Part shown: positions 40,579 to 54,167 of the stretch, in pieces
Position numbering within the stretch: the stretch's first letter is position 1
Layout: each line of letters opens with the position of its first letter
NCBI GenBank assembly: GCA_965153355.1
Contig: OZ231126.1
Span: forward strand, 24,552,001-24,616,000
Direction: 5' to 3'
Length of the DNA stretch: 64,000 nucleotides
DNA from: Flaccisagitta enflata
Taxonomy: Eukaryota
Notes under the pieces: generated by a model
Told to the model about the DNA's origin: nothing
Databases searched by the model: none
Seen by the model: the letters and a program-made list of their open reading frames with translations, nothing else
Translations under genes and position numbers: made by a program

Positions 40579-40979
40579 CAGAGAAAAGCTAAATACAAAG
40601 TGTGAACCCCACCTACAACCTTAAATTATTATATTATGGAAAGATTTGAGGGAAAGAAAAAATATCTTTACAAATACAAGAAGCGCCTCTGGAGCTATTT
40701 TTGAATTTTTTTCTCATTACTCAAAATATAACTTATATTAGTAACAAAATAAATTTTCTTTAAAAATTTATAAAATTATGGATTTTCTATCATAACTTGA
40801 GACTGGAATGGGAATTGCAAAATCACTTTATGCAAATCACTTTATGCAAAATCACATATGTAAAATCTTCAAATAGGAATAGCAACCTAAAAAAAAACTA
40901 CTTATTATTATAAATTGATTTATTAAGGGGGGGTGCAACAGTTTTAGGGGGTTCACAACTTGTATTAACCCTTCATCTG
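40579..40979. mobile_element. Old Tc1/mariner-like MITE, TA TSD
   Basis: TA|CAGAGAAAAGCTAAATACAAAGTGTGAACCCC ... GGGGTTCACAACTTGTATTAACCCTTCATCTG|TA (imperfect ~32-bp TIR). Confidence 0.7.
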
Positions 40980-41041
40980 TACATAAGGGGTGGTTAAATA
41001 AAGACGCAAATTAAGGAAATTCATTGCGCCAGTGTTCTGTT

Positions 41042-41134
<93 letters not shown>

Positions 41135-41684
41135 GCACAGACAAACAGGCCCACAAAAAGCCAGACAGATAGAGAAACGTATCTATGTCTTTCTGTTATT
41201 CATCGAGCTCATTCAACATTCATCATTCATCACTGTTTCACATTTATTGAGTCAGTGGAGGAAACGCATTAAATTTCTTGCTTCCTAATTAGGAGTAACT
41301 CTCAGCTCGCAAACAAATACATAAAAAAACGCTTACAATTTCTTAAAATGGCACCAAGATAAAATTTGTAACTTGATGCGTTCAAATTTCATACTACAAA
41401 AGAGAAACGAATTTATTTTTTATCAACTTTTTCCTTACTCTTTTTTTTTTCTCTGTTATCAATCAATCGCTCTATTGAAATCTTTTAATTACATTCCATG
41501 GCCAATCTAGGATCCCAGTCACGCAATTACTGAAAAAAATTTCATCTGCCATTTCATCATTCTACCATTTTCATGACTAGTTTTTTACTTTCTGTATCTT
41601 TCTTTCAACTGTTTATACTGACATCCTCCGGGAGCACAAGAAATTTTGTTTCAAATTCGATGGACGATTCTTCAGTCTAACCTG

Positions 41685-41920
41685 CTTGCAAATCTGCTCT
41701 CTCAGATTTAGGGCCTTAAAGGGTAAATTTCAGGCCTGAGTGGGTTGGTTTAAGGTCTAAGAGGGCCCGGGGAGACGGACAGACGGACAAACAAACAAAC
41801 GGATGAATGTTCGACAGGACTTCGTCCCCTTTGGGGCCGCTACCCTGCTTCCTCTCATTCCAATTCACAATCATGTAAAGCAGGGCAACGGGTATCGCTG
41901 ACCACATGTTGCCCTTGCCC
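41685..41920 (+). mobile_element. 3' half of a family C element
   Basis: CAGGACTTCGTCCCCTTTGGGGCCGCT...GCAGGGCAACGGGTATCGCTGACCAC. Confidence 0.75.
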
Positions 41921-41989
41921 AGCATTGGGTTCCTTTGGATTCTTAACCTCCGTTACTGTTCCCTCAGCCTAGATGACAGTCTCTTGACA

Positions 41990-42173
41990 AACAAGACCGG
42001 ATACACGGCTTCCGAAGTGTGCGGGTGGGCAGGGGCTATATTTGAGGTCACCAGACCATTTGGGCAGGAGCAGTGAGGTCAAAGAAATAAAATCATAAAA
42101 AAAAGTAAAGTGTGACCGACCAACCAACCGATGGACAAAGCGGGTTGTAGAGTCGCGTGCACGCGACTAAAAA
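41990..42173 (-). mobile_element. HINE family A element (GTCGCGTGC subfamily)
   Basis: AACAAGACCGGATACACGG...AGTCGCGTGCACGCGACTAAAAA. Confidence 0.83.
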
Positions 42174-42630
42174 TTTATGATTAAATACAATGATACAGAA
42201 ACAAGCTTGTCATTGTCAGCTTTTCTATGGTGTCAATATTTTTCTGAGCCCTTAGGGCCCCTTGATGGGGTTCCTAAAGGCCCTTTACTTTTGTCTGTTC
42301 CCCATACCAGATGAAAGAATCTTTTTGGAAAATTCATTTAAATCTGAACAAAAGCTAAAAGTCATGATTTTGGTCATTTTTGGCGTTTTTGATGGTGTCA
42401 ACTTGGCTCTCTTGGGCCCCTGGGGCTCCCGAAATGAGGTTCCCAGGGGCCCTTGGTCTTTTTTACGGTTCCCCACACCAGATGACACTATCTTAACAGG
42501 AAATTAACTTCTCCAATGACAATTGAGCAAGAAAAACAAAAAAAAAATCATAACTTTCAACTCCAACTGGCTTTGTCAATCTATTCGTTGGTCAGTCCCC
42601 ATTAGTGAGTAGTGAGGAGAGGAGTAACCT

Positions 42631-42822
42631 AACAAGGCCGGATACACGGCCAATACCAGTTGCGGATGGGTGGGCAGGGGTGGAAATGCGCGATTTCACA
42701 CTTTTTGACTTGTGCTCATGGACCGACAGACAGACGGACGGACGGACGGACCAACGGACGGACGGACCAATGGACGGACCGACGGATGGACCGACGGACG
42801 GACAGACGGACGGACAGACAAA
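42631..42822 (-). mobile_element. 5'-truncated family A element with (GGAC)n
   Basis: AACAAGGCCGGATACACGGCCAATACCAGTTGCGGA tail present, head missing. Confidence 0.78.
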
Positions 42823-43269
42823 GACCAAGGTGGGTCATGTTGTGGGAGACATGTTAGAAGGTAACTGTAACAATTTTAACCATTTTTGGTTGTCGTATTT
42901 TGATTTGAAATGATCTATGCGGGCTTGGGATTTCCTTGTTGTTATTTCTTTGTCGCTATCTTTGTCTCCGCTTTATTACTTATGTCGCTATCTTTGTCTC
43001 TTTTTAGCGAAAAAATAAAAAATAAAAAATAATTCGGCGGCGCCCCTTTCTACTGGATAAAGGCCCAACTTGGGGTTCATCTCTCTAGAAAAATATTAGG
43101 ACCTGAAGAAAAGTAACCCGTTGAATCTTGATCAGAATGGTTTCTCCTCTACTAATGTACCGAAAGTGCCTTCCCATGCACCGCAGTATAATGACACACT
43201 GACAGACAGACCGAAAATCCGGTAAACAAACACACATAAACAGCGAATCACATGAGTATAATTACACAT

Positions 43270-43365
<96 letters not shown>

Positions 43366-44094
43366 AAAAGTGCAAAAAAAAGTGATAAAAACTGCTTGAA
43401 ACTGCGAAACAGAGACATGTAGGCGGAGAGGAGGAAGAACGAGCGAGAGTGATGATGACGCATAGTCCTTTTGAGCGTTTGCTGTTCGTGAGAACGTCTA
43501 GGGTAAAAGTCATTAGGCAAAAAAGCATTTGCTTCGTTCTTTCAACGAAAAACCGAGTCCTGCTTGAGAAAAAAGGAGCTTCTTCCGTATCGGCTTTCTT
43601 TTAAATTTTCAGTTTGTCTTTAATAGCGTGCGCACAACTTTAGACGTTGGTGTCGGTGCGTGCTTCTGTCGGTCTTTCTCACAGTTACTAACTCTAATCA
43701 GTATACTGTCAGGCAGAATTAGCTGGGGTGTTTAATACACTGTATGTAATTGAGTCGCTTTTGATTTTTTTCTTCCCCTTGCCTTTGGGCTTTGATTTTC
43801 ATCCCTGCGACGCGTTGTGTCGCAGTTTAAAATTCATATTTTCTTCCCCATGAAGCAGTAAAACAGTGTGGTCAAGGTTTAGATAGTGCTAATTTATGAT
43901 TTTTCTAACCAGTTTTTATGATTTGGTACTGTCAAAAGTGTCAAAAGTTATATTTTCCCCAAATTTTCTTTTTTTCTGTTTTTCCCCTTTTGATCTCCTT
44001 CCCCATCTCCAAACCCTTTGAATTCATCTCCCCCACGGGGGGGGGGGGGGATCTCAATTATACACAGGCCTGAACATTTGTGGATCGTGAGTTG

Positions 44095-44291
44095 TTTGGG
44101 GCAGCGGCCCCAGAAGGAGCAGAGCCTCAACTGTCCTGAGGCTTGAATCCCAGCAAAGCATTGATTCCTTGAGGCTCAAGCTCCTCACAGCTTCACATAG
44201 ATCATTGGCGCCTTAAGGGCTGCTGCCCCTCCCACTACTACATCCAAAAATAAACGAGTACCGATGACCATCTAATGCTTTTGCGAATATT
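44095..44291 (+). mobile_element. Short degenerate family C element
   Basis: TTTGGGCAGCGGCCCC...GGGCTGCTGCCC...GACCATCTAATGCTTTTGCGAATATT. Confidence 0.7.
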
Positions 44292-45361
44292 CATTACAGC
44301 CCTGCTACACCACATTCGACTGTTAAGACTCTTCTTACTTTTTTTCTCGGTCGGTTGCTGTGCTCTTACCACAAACAGAAGGCGAAACCGATGGACGGAT
44401 GGTCAAACGGACGAACAGACGGAATGAATGATGAACGGAAAGTTTTTACATCGGTCCCCTTTATGTTCCCGACCTGAAGTCAATTCATTTTTAAGGGGGT
44501 CCTAGGGGGTCCTAGGGGACCCTACAGGGGACCCATCTGCAACGCTACACGAGTGAATGAAAAGATTAAAATAAAAAACAAACGAACAAGAAGAAGAACA
44601 ACGTTAGATTTCACGCAGGCGCGTTAGACCGGAAGCTTTTGTTCTAAGACTCCAGACGTGACTTAACGCAGACTCCAAGAAAAAGTTGGCCATAAGACTT
44701 ACCATTTTTCAACAAGATGGGGTTGCTTTTTGCTGAGGAGAATCATCATAAGAAAGCCTAATGACGATGCAATGACGCATTTATGCAAAAGATGCAAACA
44801 CTTTGCATGCAAGAAAAGCGCGAGTTTGGCGCCAAAAATACAGAGAAAATGGACGAAGAAGAAAGAAAAAAGCGCATTGATATGGCCATTCATATCCTCT
44901 TGTTTTATTCTATGTTAGTAAAAATAAACAGTCAAGTCAGAGCAACTCAATTCCATCCTGGACAGCTTTAGGATTTAAGTAACATTACGTATTCTTTGCT
45001 CCTGATAGACCTGAGTAAAGTCAATCGTTTGGCTAAAAAAACCTACCTTAAGTCTCATACTGCTAGTTCTATAAGAGCCCTGATTTATAAACAGTACTGG
45101 ACGCACGGCTGCCCCACTCGCGTGCAGATGGGCAGAGGTAGTGATGTATAATTAGCAGGCCGCCCAGGTATTTGGGATGGAAAAGTGATGCAGAGAAATG
45201 ACAAAAAGAAAAAAAAGGACGGACCATCGATTGCACAAACGACCAGATGAACTCAGACGAGGCTGTTGCCATCACCTTCCACCCTACCCCCACTCTACTA
45301 ACCAAATGGAGGGAGATTGTTTTTTCTGGCCTTTTTTGAAATGACTCCGGAAAAAAACATA

Positions 45362-46191
45362 CCAGTAATGGCGGCTGTCGCCGTGAGGAAAAAAGTCGTA
45401 AACATTGGTCACTTTTCACCAAGCTTTTGTTTTCAGTCACTGCAAATCTTGTTAGATCAAATCAAGAGCACTTGCATGTATTGGTTGCACTGTTAATCCG
45501 AGAAATATAGGACTGCGCCAAATGAGCTAGATGAGCTAAAATGCTCAAAATCACTCAACCACAGAACCAGCTATGCTCACTGACATGCTTTCTTGTATTT
45601 GCATTTATGTATTAACCCCATTAAAGATCAGAAAAAAAGACTGAGCTAAATGAGCCAAGTGAGCTAGAATACATAAAAACACCCTCGCAAATAAGCAACT
45701 CAGCTCACTGACATGCTTTTTGTAATTGCTTGCTTAAACATGTAACAAATAATTATTCATTTATTGAATTTGAAATCAGAAAAAAAAACGGAGCAAAATG
45801 AGCTAAATGAGCTAAATGAGCTAGAATACTAAAAAACACCTTCACCGATGAGCAGCTATGCTCATAAACATGTTTTCTTGTATTTGCATGTTCAAACAAA
45901 TATAGATACACTTTTTTATTGATCCTACATAAAATCATAAAAAATTGAAAAAAAATCAATTTGAATATTCGTAAATAAATCTTTAAAAAATCATAGCGCA
46001 AAAAATATTTGACGTAGAGAATTCTGCTTGGTGCCAAATGAAAGAGAATTATCAAATTTACTTACCCTATCAATTTCATTGGAGGCCACAATCAGCCGGA
46101 AGAGACCCGCAACTTCCTAATAAGAAAATAAAAACCATGTTTCTCTCGAATATGTCAAAAAGTCGAAGACTGACTTCGACTTTTTTCCCGA
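45362..46191 (-). mobile_element. Non-autonomous Helitron/Helentron-like element (copy 2, inverted relative to 37039-37876)
   Basis: End-to-end reverse-complement similarity including both termini. Confidence 0.82.
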
Positions 46192-46242
46192 TAAGTTTTT
46201 GCGCAGTTTTAACTCGAAAATGGATTTTTTTTCTTTCTTTTT

Positions 46243-46530
46243 TTTTAAGTCGCGTGCACGCGACTCTACACCTTGGTCAGTCGGTCCGTCCGTCCGTCCG
46301 AAACAAATATTTGATTGTAATAACGTTTTTTAACATGTCTTAACATTTTTCTAACATTTCTTGACATTTTTAACATATTTCAACATTTTTAAACATTTTT
46401 TAGAATTTTACCGTTTTTAACATTTCTTAGTCTTTTTAACATTTTTTAACATTCTTAACATTTCGACATGTTTTTGCTCTTATGTTTGTCATTTCCAGAC
46501 GCACGCGACTGTTGCCCTCTTGGGCTTGTT
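46243..46530 (+). mobile_element. HINE element with internal (TAACATTTTT)n array
   Basis: AGTCGCGTGCACGCGACT head, GCACGCGACT subTIR, GCCCTCTTGGGCTTGTT tail. Confidence 0.8.
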
Positions 46531-46878
46531 TACTTCAAACTACGTTCTTTGATATTTTGAAAATTTGTCTGAAAAGAAGACGAAAACGCAAGAATGCGCC
46601 TGAGAATGCATTCAATTCAATTGAATAGCATGTCTGTCCCTCTATCTGTCATTTCTTTCTGTCTCTGCGTAAATGCCTATCATTTGGCCGCTGAACCAAG
46701 CTGTTTCTCTTCTTGTTTGTCTGTGCGTCTCTCTGGCTGTCTCATCATCAGTCCGTCTTGCTTTTTTTGCCCGTTTGTCTGGCTGTCTGCCTATCACTAG
46801 GTCTCAATTTGTGTGTCTGTCGCTCGGTGCCTCTGTTTGGCTCTCTTCATGTGTGTCTGTCTGTCTATCTTTCTGTCC

Positions 46879-46950
<72 letters not shown>

Positions 46951-46951
46951 T

Positions 46952-47020
<69 letters not shown>

Positions 47021-47112
47021 CATTCATACATTCGTTTCATTCATTTTCTTTTCAAATATTCGCGATGCCCTGGTCCTAACATCTTTCCCGCATCTCCATT
47101 TTTCAGGCTTAA

Positions 47113-47158
<46 letters not shown>

Positions 47159-47738
47159 AGTCCGGGCTTAGACTGTCTGACATTCAGAATGAATCAATTT
47201 TTCTTTTCATTTCAAATCCGCTTTGATGATGAGCATTCGACTTTTCCCCCTTTGACTTTCCCACATTCACCTCGATCCAATTCATTTTCCTCCTCCTATT
47301 CCTGCGCCTCCTTCCTCTCCTCCTCTAACTTCTCCCCTCTAATTCTTCACCCCTACACAGAATTTCAAGTCGGGGGTCTAACCCAGCAAAATATTACGTT
47401 TGTCCCCTCTTACCATGTACATTGACGCTATGTATTCGAAAATCCCGTTGCTTTACGTTTTCCGTGGATTTTGTCTCCCTTTTTTTTCAGGATCAGCTGT
47501 CTCCGGACTTAGAGAATTTCTACCAAAAAAAATCGCTAGACCCTAACATGTGAAAATATGTAGGTCTCTTATCAATCACTCAGTCCTCTAATTGGTCAAA
47601 CTTTTTTTCTCCCTGTCGAGTCTATTTGCAGATGGAGTCGTTACTCTTAAAAATTCAAGTCAACAATTTTGCTCAATTCATTTCTCATCATAATAGAATG
47701 GATCATGAACTATCAATGTCCTCAGTAGCATTGTTACG

Positions 47739-47987
47739 AACAAGGCCGGATACACGGCCAATCCGTAGTCGCTGCGGGTGGGCAGGGGCAGTGATGCGAG
47801 TGGGCAGGAGCAGTATATGAGTGGGCAGGAGCAGTATATGAGTGGGCGGGGGCTGTATTGACGCCAGGCAGGAGCGGTGATGGTCAGAAATCCGTTTTTC
47901 AGTCGATTTCGCGTCATCAAAATTTTCGCGTGACACTCAGACCAGGGGACACACCCTCTTATAGAGTCGCTAGGCAGCGACTAAAAA
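47739..47987 (-). mobile_element. HINE family A element (GTCGCTGC subfamily) with 21-bp internal repeats
   Basis: Head AGTCGCTGCCTAGCGACT and subTIR GCAGCGACT on the minus strand; GAGTGGGCAGGAGCAGTATAT repeats. Confidence 0.82.
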
Positions 47988-48035
47988 CGATTTACGTCAA
48001 ACAAAGTTTTACGATTCCAAAAAGTTCCCATAAGG

Positions 48036-48636
48036 AACAAGGCCAGATACACGGGCCAAGAGGGTGCACCGGGCGTTATTAATTCTTAGACCTATCCCTA
48101 GCTCTATCAGACCTATTCCGAGCTCTATCAGACCTATTCCGAGCTCTATCAGACCTATCCCGAGCTCTATCAGACCTATCCCCACACCTATCCAACCTAT
48201 CTGACCTATCCCCAGCTCGATCAGACCTAACCGTAGCTGAATATTTTAGTGAATGAAATGACGAGTATCATCAATGATGAACGAAATGAGTTTTCAAATA
48301 ATTTCAAACGTTTTCAGTGATTTTTCATTCGAGTGTGACCGACGGATGGACAGACGGACAGAACCTCTTATAGAAGTTTTAAGGCGCATCTGGGATTCAT
48401 CCTAGCATATTTCTGAATCATTTCCAGGGTCACAATGTCGTTGCGGACGGGTTGGGAAGGGGCATGTAACCTCCATCCACACCCTTGACCACACACTCGC
48501 ACACACATACAATCGCAACTGCAGCATCAAAAATGCGCGTTTTCACATTTTTCAACTCGATCATCACGGATGGACCGACGGACGGACCTACGGACAGACA
48601 AAACCTCCAATAGAGTTGCGTGTCCGCAATCAAAAA
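48036..48636 (-). mobile_element. Family D element (48036-~48425) abutting a family A element (~48428-48636)
   Basis: D tail, short 21-bp array and inner head, followed by an A-type body. Confidence 0.78.
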
Positions 48637-48914
48637 GCATACACTGCACAGAAAAAGGAAGCAAAAAAAAAAATCGACCTCCAAAAACGAACGAATGAAA
48701 AAAACAAGAAAGAAAGAAAGAAAGAAAAAAAGAAAGAAAGAAAGGAAGGAAGGAAGGAAGGAAGGAAGGAAGGAAGGAAGGAAGGAAGGAAGGAAGGAAG
48801 ATTGCGCAACTTGATCTGTCACCCGCGTGATTTTTTAATAAACGAAACGGGCTGACAAACCAATCGATTTACTTACTGACTGACAGAAAAAAACGAAAAA
48901 CAAAAAACAGCGGG

Positions 48915-49309
48915 AACAAGGCCGGATACACAGCCAATACCAGTCGCGGACGGGTGGGCAGGGGCGGAAATGCGCGTTTTCACACTTTCCAACTCGATCA
49001 CCACGGACCGACCAACCGACCGACCGACCAACGGACGGACAAAGCCTACTTTAGAGTCGCTTGTCCGCGACTAAAAAGAGAAAGACAAAGGAAGGAAGAA
49101 AGAAAACAAGGCCGGATACATGGCAAGATAGTCGCGGACGGTTGGGCAGCAGCAGCAAGTCAAACAAGGCCGGATACACGGCCATCCAGTCGCGGACGGT
49201 TGGGCAGGAGCAGTAATGCAAAAACCGCTCTGAATTCAAAAATGTGACGGACGTACCGACCTACCGACCGACACGGCAAGGTGTAGAGTCGCGTGTCCGC
49301 GACTAAAAA
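48915..49309 (-). mobile_element. Cluster of family A copies (48915-49077, tail fragment ~49105-49150, 49163-49309)
   Basis: Repeated AACAAGGCCGGATACA tails and GTCCGCGACTAAAAA heads. Confidence 0.83.
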
Positions 49310-49610
49310 CGCTCGCAGTTCAGGATCAAGACGGACCGATCTACCGACGGACTGACACAGTAAGGCAGAGTCGGCGACCAAAAAGACGAGATGAACAGTT
49401 GCGGTCAGGTAACACAATGCCTCATCCGTGCGATTTTCCAGACGCAACGGAATGTCATACCACCGACGGATAAACAAATTTCTTAGGCCATTGACGTTCC
49501 TATTGTACCTGAAATTATATGAATGTGTAAAGAGTGCAAGCGGTTCACCAATGGTTCACGAACAGAAGGAAAGAACAAAGAAAGGAAGAAATAAGCAAAG
49601 GAGAATAGAA

Positions 49611-49691
<81 letters not shown>

Positions 49692-50045
49692 AGGGAAAGG
49701 AAGGGAAAGGAAAGGAAGAATAGTCGCAAAAGCGTTAGATGGTCAGCGGTACCCGTGCCCTGCCTAAGTAGGTTGTGAATGAAGTTGGGGGAGGTAGCAG
49801 GGCAGCGGTCCCAAAGGGGCCGATGACCTACCGTATATTCTCCATTTAGCGCCCCCCCCCCCAAAAAAAAAGCGCTCCCCTCTTTTTTTCTTGGTATTGC
49901 CCTTTTCAGAAAAGATTTGGACAAATATATTTAGTAAAATGATGAAATAATATAACACAATGAACTTTTTTTCAAAGACCCTCAGACAGATATGCAATCA
50001 ATATCTTCATTTTGAGTCAAATTTAACATTTTGGTATCCTTCATA

Positions 50046-50204
50046 AACAAGGCCGGATACACGGCAATCCAGTCGCGGATGGTTGGGCAGGAGCAGTAGT
50101 GCAAAAACCGCTCAGAATTCAAAAATGTGACGGACGGACAGACCGACTGAAGGACAAACCTACCGACCCGGCAAGGTGTAGAGTTGCGTGTCTGCGACTA
50201 AAAA
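50046..50204 (-). mobile_element. HINE family A element
   Basis: Near-identical to 49163-49309. Confidence 0.83.
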
Positions 50205-50276
50205 GATAGACTGAATTACAGTTCATCTACAATATAAAGGGGGCGCTAATTGAAGTGTCCGCAACTAAATAAGTTA

Positions 50277-50818
50277 CAGTACAATGGGAGCAATGACGAC
50301 CTAGACTGGAGGATAGATTTTAGCTATTGAGTGAATGCATTTGTGTCTGTTAAACCTCAACTTGAGATTTGACCTCATCAAAACTTCATTTTTCAAGGTT
50401 CTAACCATTTTCATCAAATTGGGCGAAAAATTTTATATAATTTTGGAAAAAAAAATCAGCTCAATCGGACTATTTTTACAGGTTTTATGGCAATGTCTAA
50501 TAATCAAAAGTTATGTAAATTAATTTTTGGGCATAACTCTAAATGGCCCTAAAACCTGTAAAGATGGTCCGATTGAGCTGATTTTTTTTTCAAAACCATA
50601 TAAAATGTTTCACCCAATCTGTTAGAATAGGTTAAAACTTTGAAAAAAGATGTCTTGATGAGGTCAAGTCACAAGTTCAAGTTTGAGAGACGCAAACATT
50701 TTCACTCAATAAAGCAACCTTTAATAACCCTAGATGTCAAACGTTTTAGGATACAAACAAAATTAAAGTATCTTAAATCTATCCTCCAATCTAGGTCGTC
50801 ATTGCTCCCATCATACTG
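50277..50818. mobile_element. Tc1/mariner-like foldback MITE, 542 bp, TA TSD
   Basis: TA|CAGTACAATGGGAGCAATGACGACCTAG ... CTAGGTCGTCATTGCTCCCATCATACTG|TA. Arms pair almost to the centre (CAGCTCAATCGGAC / GTCCGATTGAGCTG). Confidence 0.87.
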
Positions 50819-50829
50819 TACCAGGGGTG

Positions 50830-51481
50830 ACAATAATATTGCAGCCCTCAGAAATTATCAAAAATCATGACTTGCTGTAGTCCATTTAAGACCAGACCAA
50901 TATTGAGGTGGGGAATCCACTCAGACTATCAGAAATGTTCTCAGGTCAAGTTTTCGATCCCCATGGGTCTAAGGTTCTCAAGTCAAAAACCATAAAAGGT
51001 CAAATTTTCAAAATGAGAAATATATATATTTGATAGCAGATTCAGAATCCTTGTAAAAAACTGCCTATTAAAAGTGTCTTCCTTTTTTCAAAATTCTAAC
51101 TAGAACATTGTCAAATTTGACGTTAAAGGTTTAAATAGAGTAAAAATTGCGCTTTTGTTTAAAATTTTGCAAATTTTGACCTAAAACGTAAATTTTGACA
51201 GTGTTCTGGTCAGAATTTTAAAAAAAAAGGAAGGCACTTTCAACATACAGTTTTTTACAAAGATTCTGAATCTGCAATCAGATATGCACATTTCAAATTT
51301 TGAAAATTTGACCTTATATGGTTTTTAACCTAAGAACCTTAGGCCATGGGGATCGAAAAATTGACCTGAGAGCATTTTTAACGGTCCGAGTTGATTCTTC
51401 AGGCCAATATTGGTCTAGTTTTAAATGGACAAGAGGAAATAATAATTCTTATATATTTCTGAGAGCTGACAATATCATCGT
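50830..51481. mobile_element. Foldback element, ~650 bp, termini not resolved
   Basis: GTCCATTTAAGACCAGACCAATATTG / CAATATTGGTCTAGTTTTAAATGGAC and TTTTCGATCCCCATGG / CCATGGGGATCGAAAA. Inverted similarity extends over ~300 bp. Confidence 0.78.
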
Positions 51482-51531
51482 GGGAAACTAGCTCCCCTCC
51501 CCAAGCAAATGCTCGCACACGCACACACGCA

Positions 51532-51629
<98 letters not shown>

Positions 51630-51927
51630 CTCTAAAAAACAACGAACAAAGGGATGGATGGTCAAGAGAAAGAAAGAAAAATTTCAGAGTTAGAAGAATA
51701 AAACATGTCTGCATGTTTTGAATTTAAAGGTCTAGGACAAGGCCAAGGCAAAAGAACATGGATGTGAACGCTTTGGTGAGGATGCGCGTTCGTATCTACT
51801 CCCATATTTCATCAAATGTGTTTGCATCCTTATCAGCGTTTAGCGAAATCTCGCGCTTCCTGTGCGTTCGCATTCGCAATTTTTCGCATCCCGGATCGCA
51901 TCCTTACCGTATCTGGCGCTAAATGTG

Positions 51928-51990
<63 letters not shown>

Positions 51991-52124
51991 TGTGAGTGTG
52001 TGTGTGTTTGTAGACAGATAGCGGGTGCGCTCTAGCATAACTCCACTGTAACATGTCTTGCGCCTATTTCAATACACGCGTAGACACCGTCCAAACGCAT
52101 TGTTGCCCATTTCGTTTTTTCGGG

Positions 52125-52685
52125 TTTTTAGGTGCGCCATAGCACCTCTATAACTAGCTCTGTCTGTCGGTCGGTTAGTCGGTTGGTCGGTTGGTCGGTT
52201 GGTCGGTCGGTCGGTCACGCTCGAGTTGAAAATCTCTAAATGAAGCAAAAATCACTGGAAATGATTCAGAAATATGATATGATGATTTTTCGGTGCGCCA
52301 TAGCACCTCTATAAGAGGCTCTGTCCATCCGTCCATCCGTCTGTCCGTCCATCCGTCACGCTCAAATGAAAAATCGCTAAAAATGTTTGAAATCATTTGA
52401 AAGCTAATTTCGTTCATCATTGATGATACTTGTCATTTCATCCACGTAATCAGCTACGGTTAGGTCTGATCGAGCTGGTGATAGGTCGGATAGGTCTAAT
52501 AGAACTGGGGATAGGTCTGATAGAGTTCGGGATAGGTCTGATATAGCTCGGCATAGGTCTGATAGAGCTCAGAATAGGTCTGATAGATCTGGGAATAGGT
52601 CTGATTGATATAGGGACAGGTCTGATAGAACTCATGATAGGTCTGATAGAGCTAGGGATAGGTCTGATAGAGCTGGTAATAGGTC
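52125..52685 (+). mobile_element. Family D element (two heads, 3' truncated after the 21-bp array)
   Basis: Homologous to 5892-6475. Confidence 0.83.
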
Positions 52686-52956
52686 AGAGGTAATCTTAGG
52701 GAATTCAATCCGGTGCACTTGTTTTTTCCCGCAAGGGCAAATCTTTAATTCAAGCGCACTTGAGTTAAAACATACAAAACCAAGTCCACACCTTGCCCTA
52801 AATCTATCTATAAACCAACCCTATCCCTAAAACCCACCCCATCCCTAACCCTAAGCCTAGGCCTAACTCTAAAACACTACCCGCGTAAAAACACTTTAAA
52901 AGAAAAGAGACGGATTGAAATCCCTAACGTGACCTTTGTTTGTTTGCTTGTTCGTC

Positions 52957-53280
52957 TTTTTAGATGCGTCCTCGCATCTCTATAAGAGGATCTGTCCGTC
53001 CGTCCGTCCGTCCGTCCGTCCGTCGGTCCGTCCGTCCGTCCGTCCGTCCGTCCGTCCGTCCGTTACGCAAGTTCAAAAACCGCGTTTCTCGGCTGTTTTT
53101 GACCACGGTGAGATCCTATACTGAAACAAATGATCAACCAACATGTTATGAGAGCCTTCTTTGCTCACTACTTAGTCATTTCACACGTCTGTTCGTCCAT
53201 CTGTATCTCCATATATGTCACATAAACAATACACGCAGAGACACAGCCTGGACGCATCGTTGCCCGGTCGGGCTTGTTTT
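52957..53280 (+). mobile_element. HINE family B element (best-preserved copy)
   Basis: AGATGCGTCCTCGCATCT head, (GTCC)n, GGACGCATC subTIR, GCCCGGTCGGGCTTGTT tail. Confidence 0.87.
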
Positions 53281-54006
53281 TTTTGTTTGTCGTTCTGCTA
53301 CTTTCTTTCTTATTGGTCATGTTTCTAGTGACGACAACAAACGCTGTTGTTTTCATTTAACGCAATTACAGCATGAACACATATTCCTAAAAATCAAATG
53401 TCCTACGTTGGAGTGAGCGAAGTGAGTGATCAAACCCGTGAATGGAGCGAGCGAGCGAAGCGACCGTGGCAAAGCGGAATGCTGCGGAATGAGCGATGCG
53501 ACCGAGTGGCCCGTTTAAAACGCGATCATCTGTGACTAGTAAAAAAACATTATTACTTCTTTCAGTTAGTTTTTTGATTATTTGAGTCCTGGGTTAAGAA
53601 TTAATGTTTTCATTTTTTGCTTGGGCCGATTTAGGAAAGTTAGGGCATGACTAGGCTCACCCAAGGCTGGGATTGAAATTGGTACACGGTGAAAGGGTGC
53701 ACTTTTTTACCCCTTCTGGAAAAAAGTATGGCAATGTCGGACCAAAACTTTAGACGCTATGAATTTTTTAATCTTTTTTCATTTTTCTTACATTTTCCGA
53801 ATTTTTCCTAAATATCAATATTTTTCATTGATCTCAATTTTTGGTTCTATGTAACAACATAAATTAGTTCAACAGGCATTGACTAACCAACGACCAACTG
53901 ACCAGTGACCAACCAACCAATGGATGGACAAAGCGGGGTATAGAGTTGTGTAGCACGCAACTTAAAAAAGATTTTCTACAACTTTTGCTGCTCCATATTG
54001 GTGCTC

Positions 54007-54081
<75 letters not shown>

Positions 54082-54167
54082 GGAAACAGCGACAGAAAGA
54101 CAGAGAGAGACAAAGAGAAACACACACACATACACACACACACATATGCACACACACGCACACACAT

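Noticed and set aside
47532..47553. AGACCCTAACATGTGA resembling the 3' part of miR-125
   Set aside because: The 5' seed (TCCCTGAG) is absent and no precursor hairpin is evident.
52790..52875. CCCTAA/CCTAA telomere-like motifs
   Set aside because: Short and highly degenerate; not a telomeric array.
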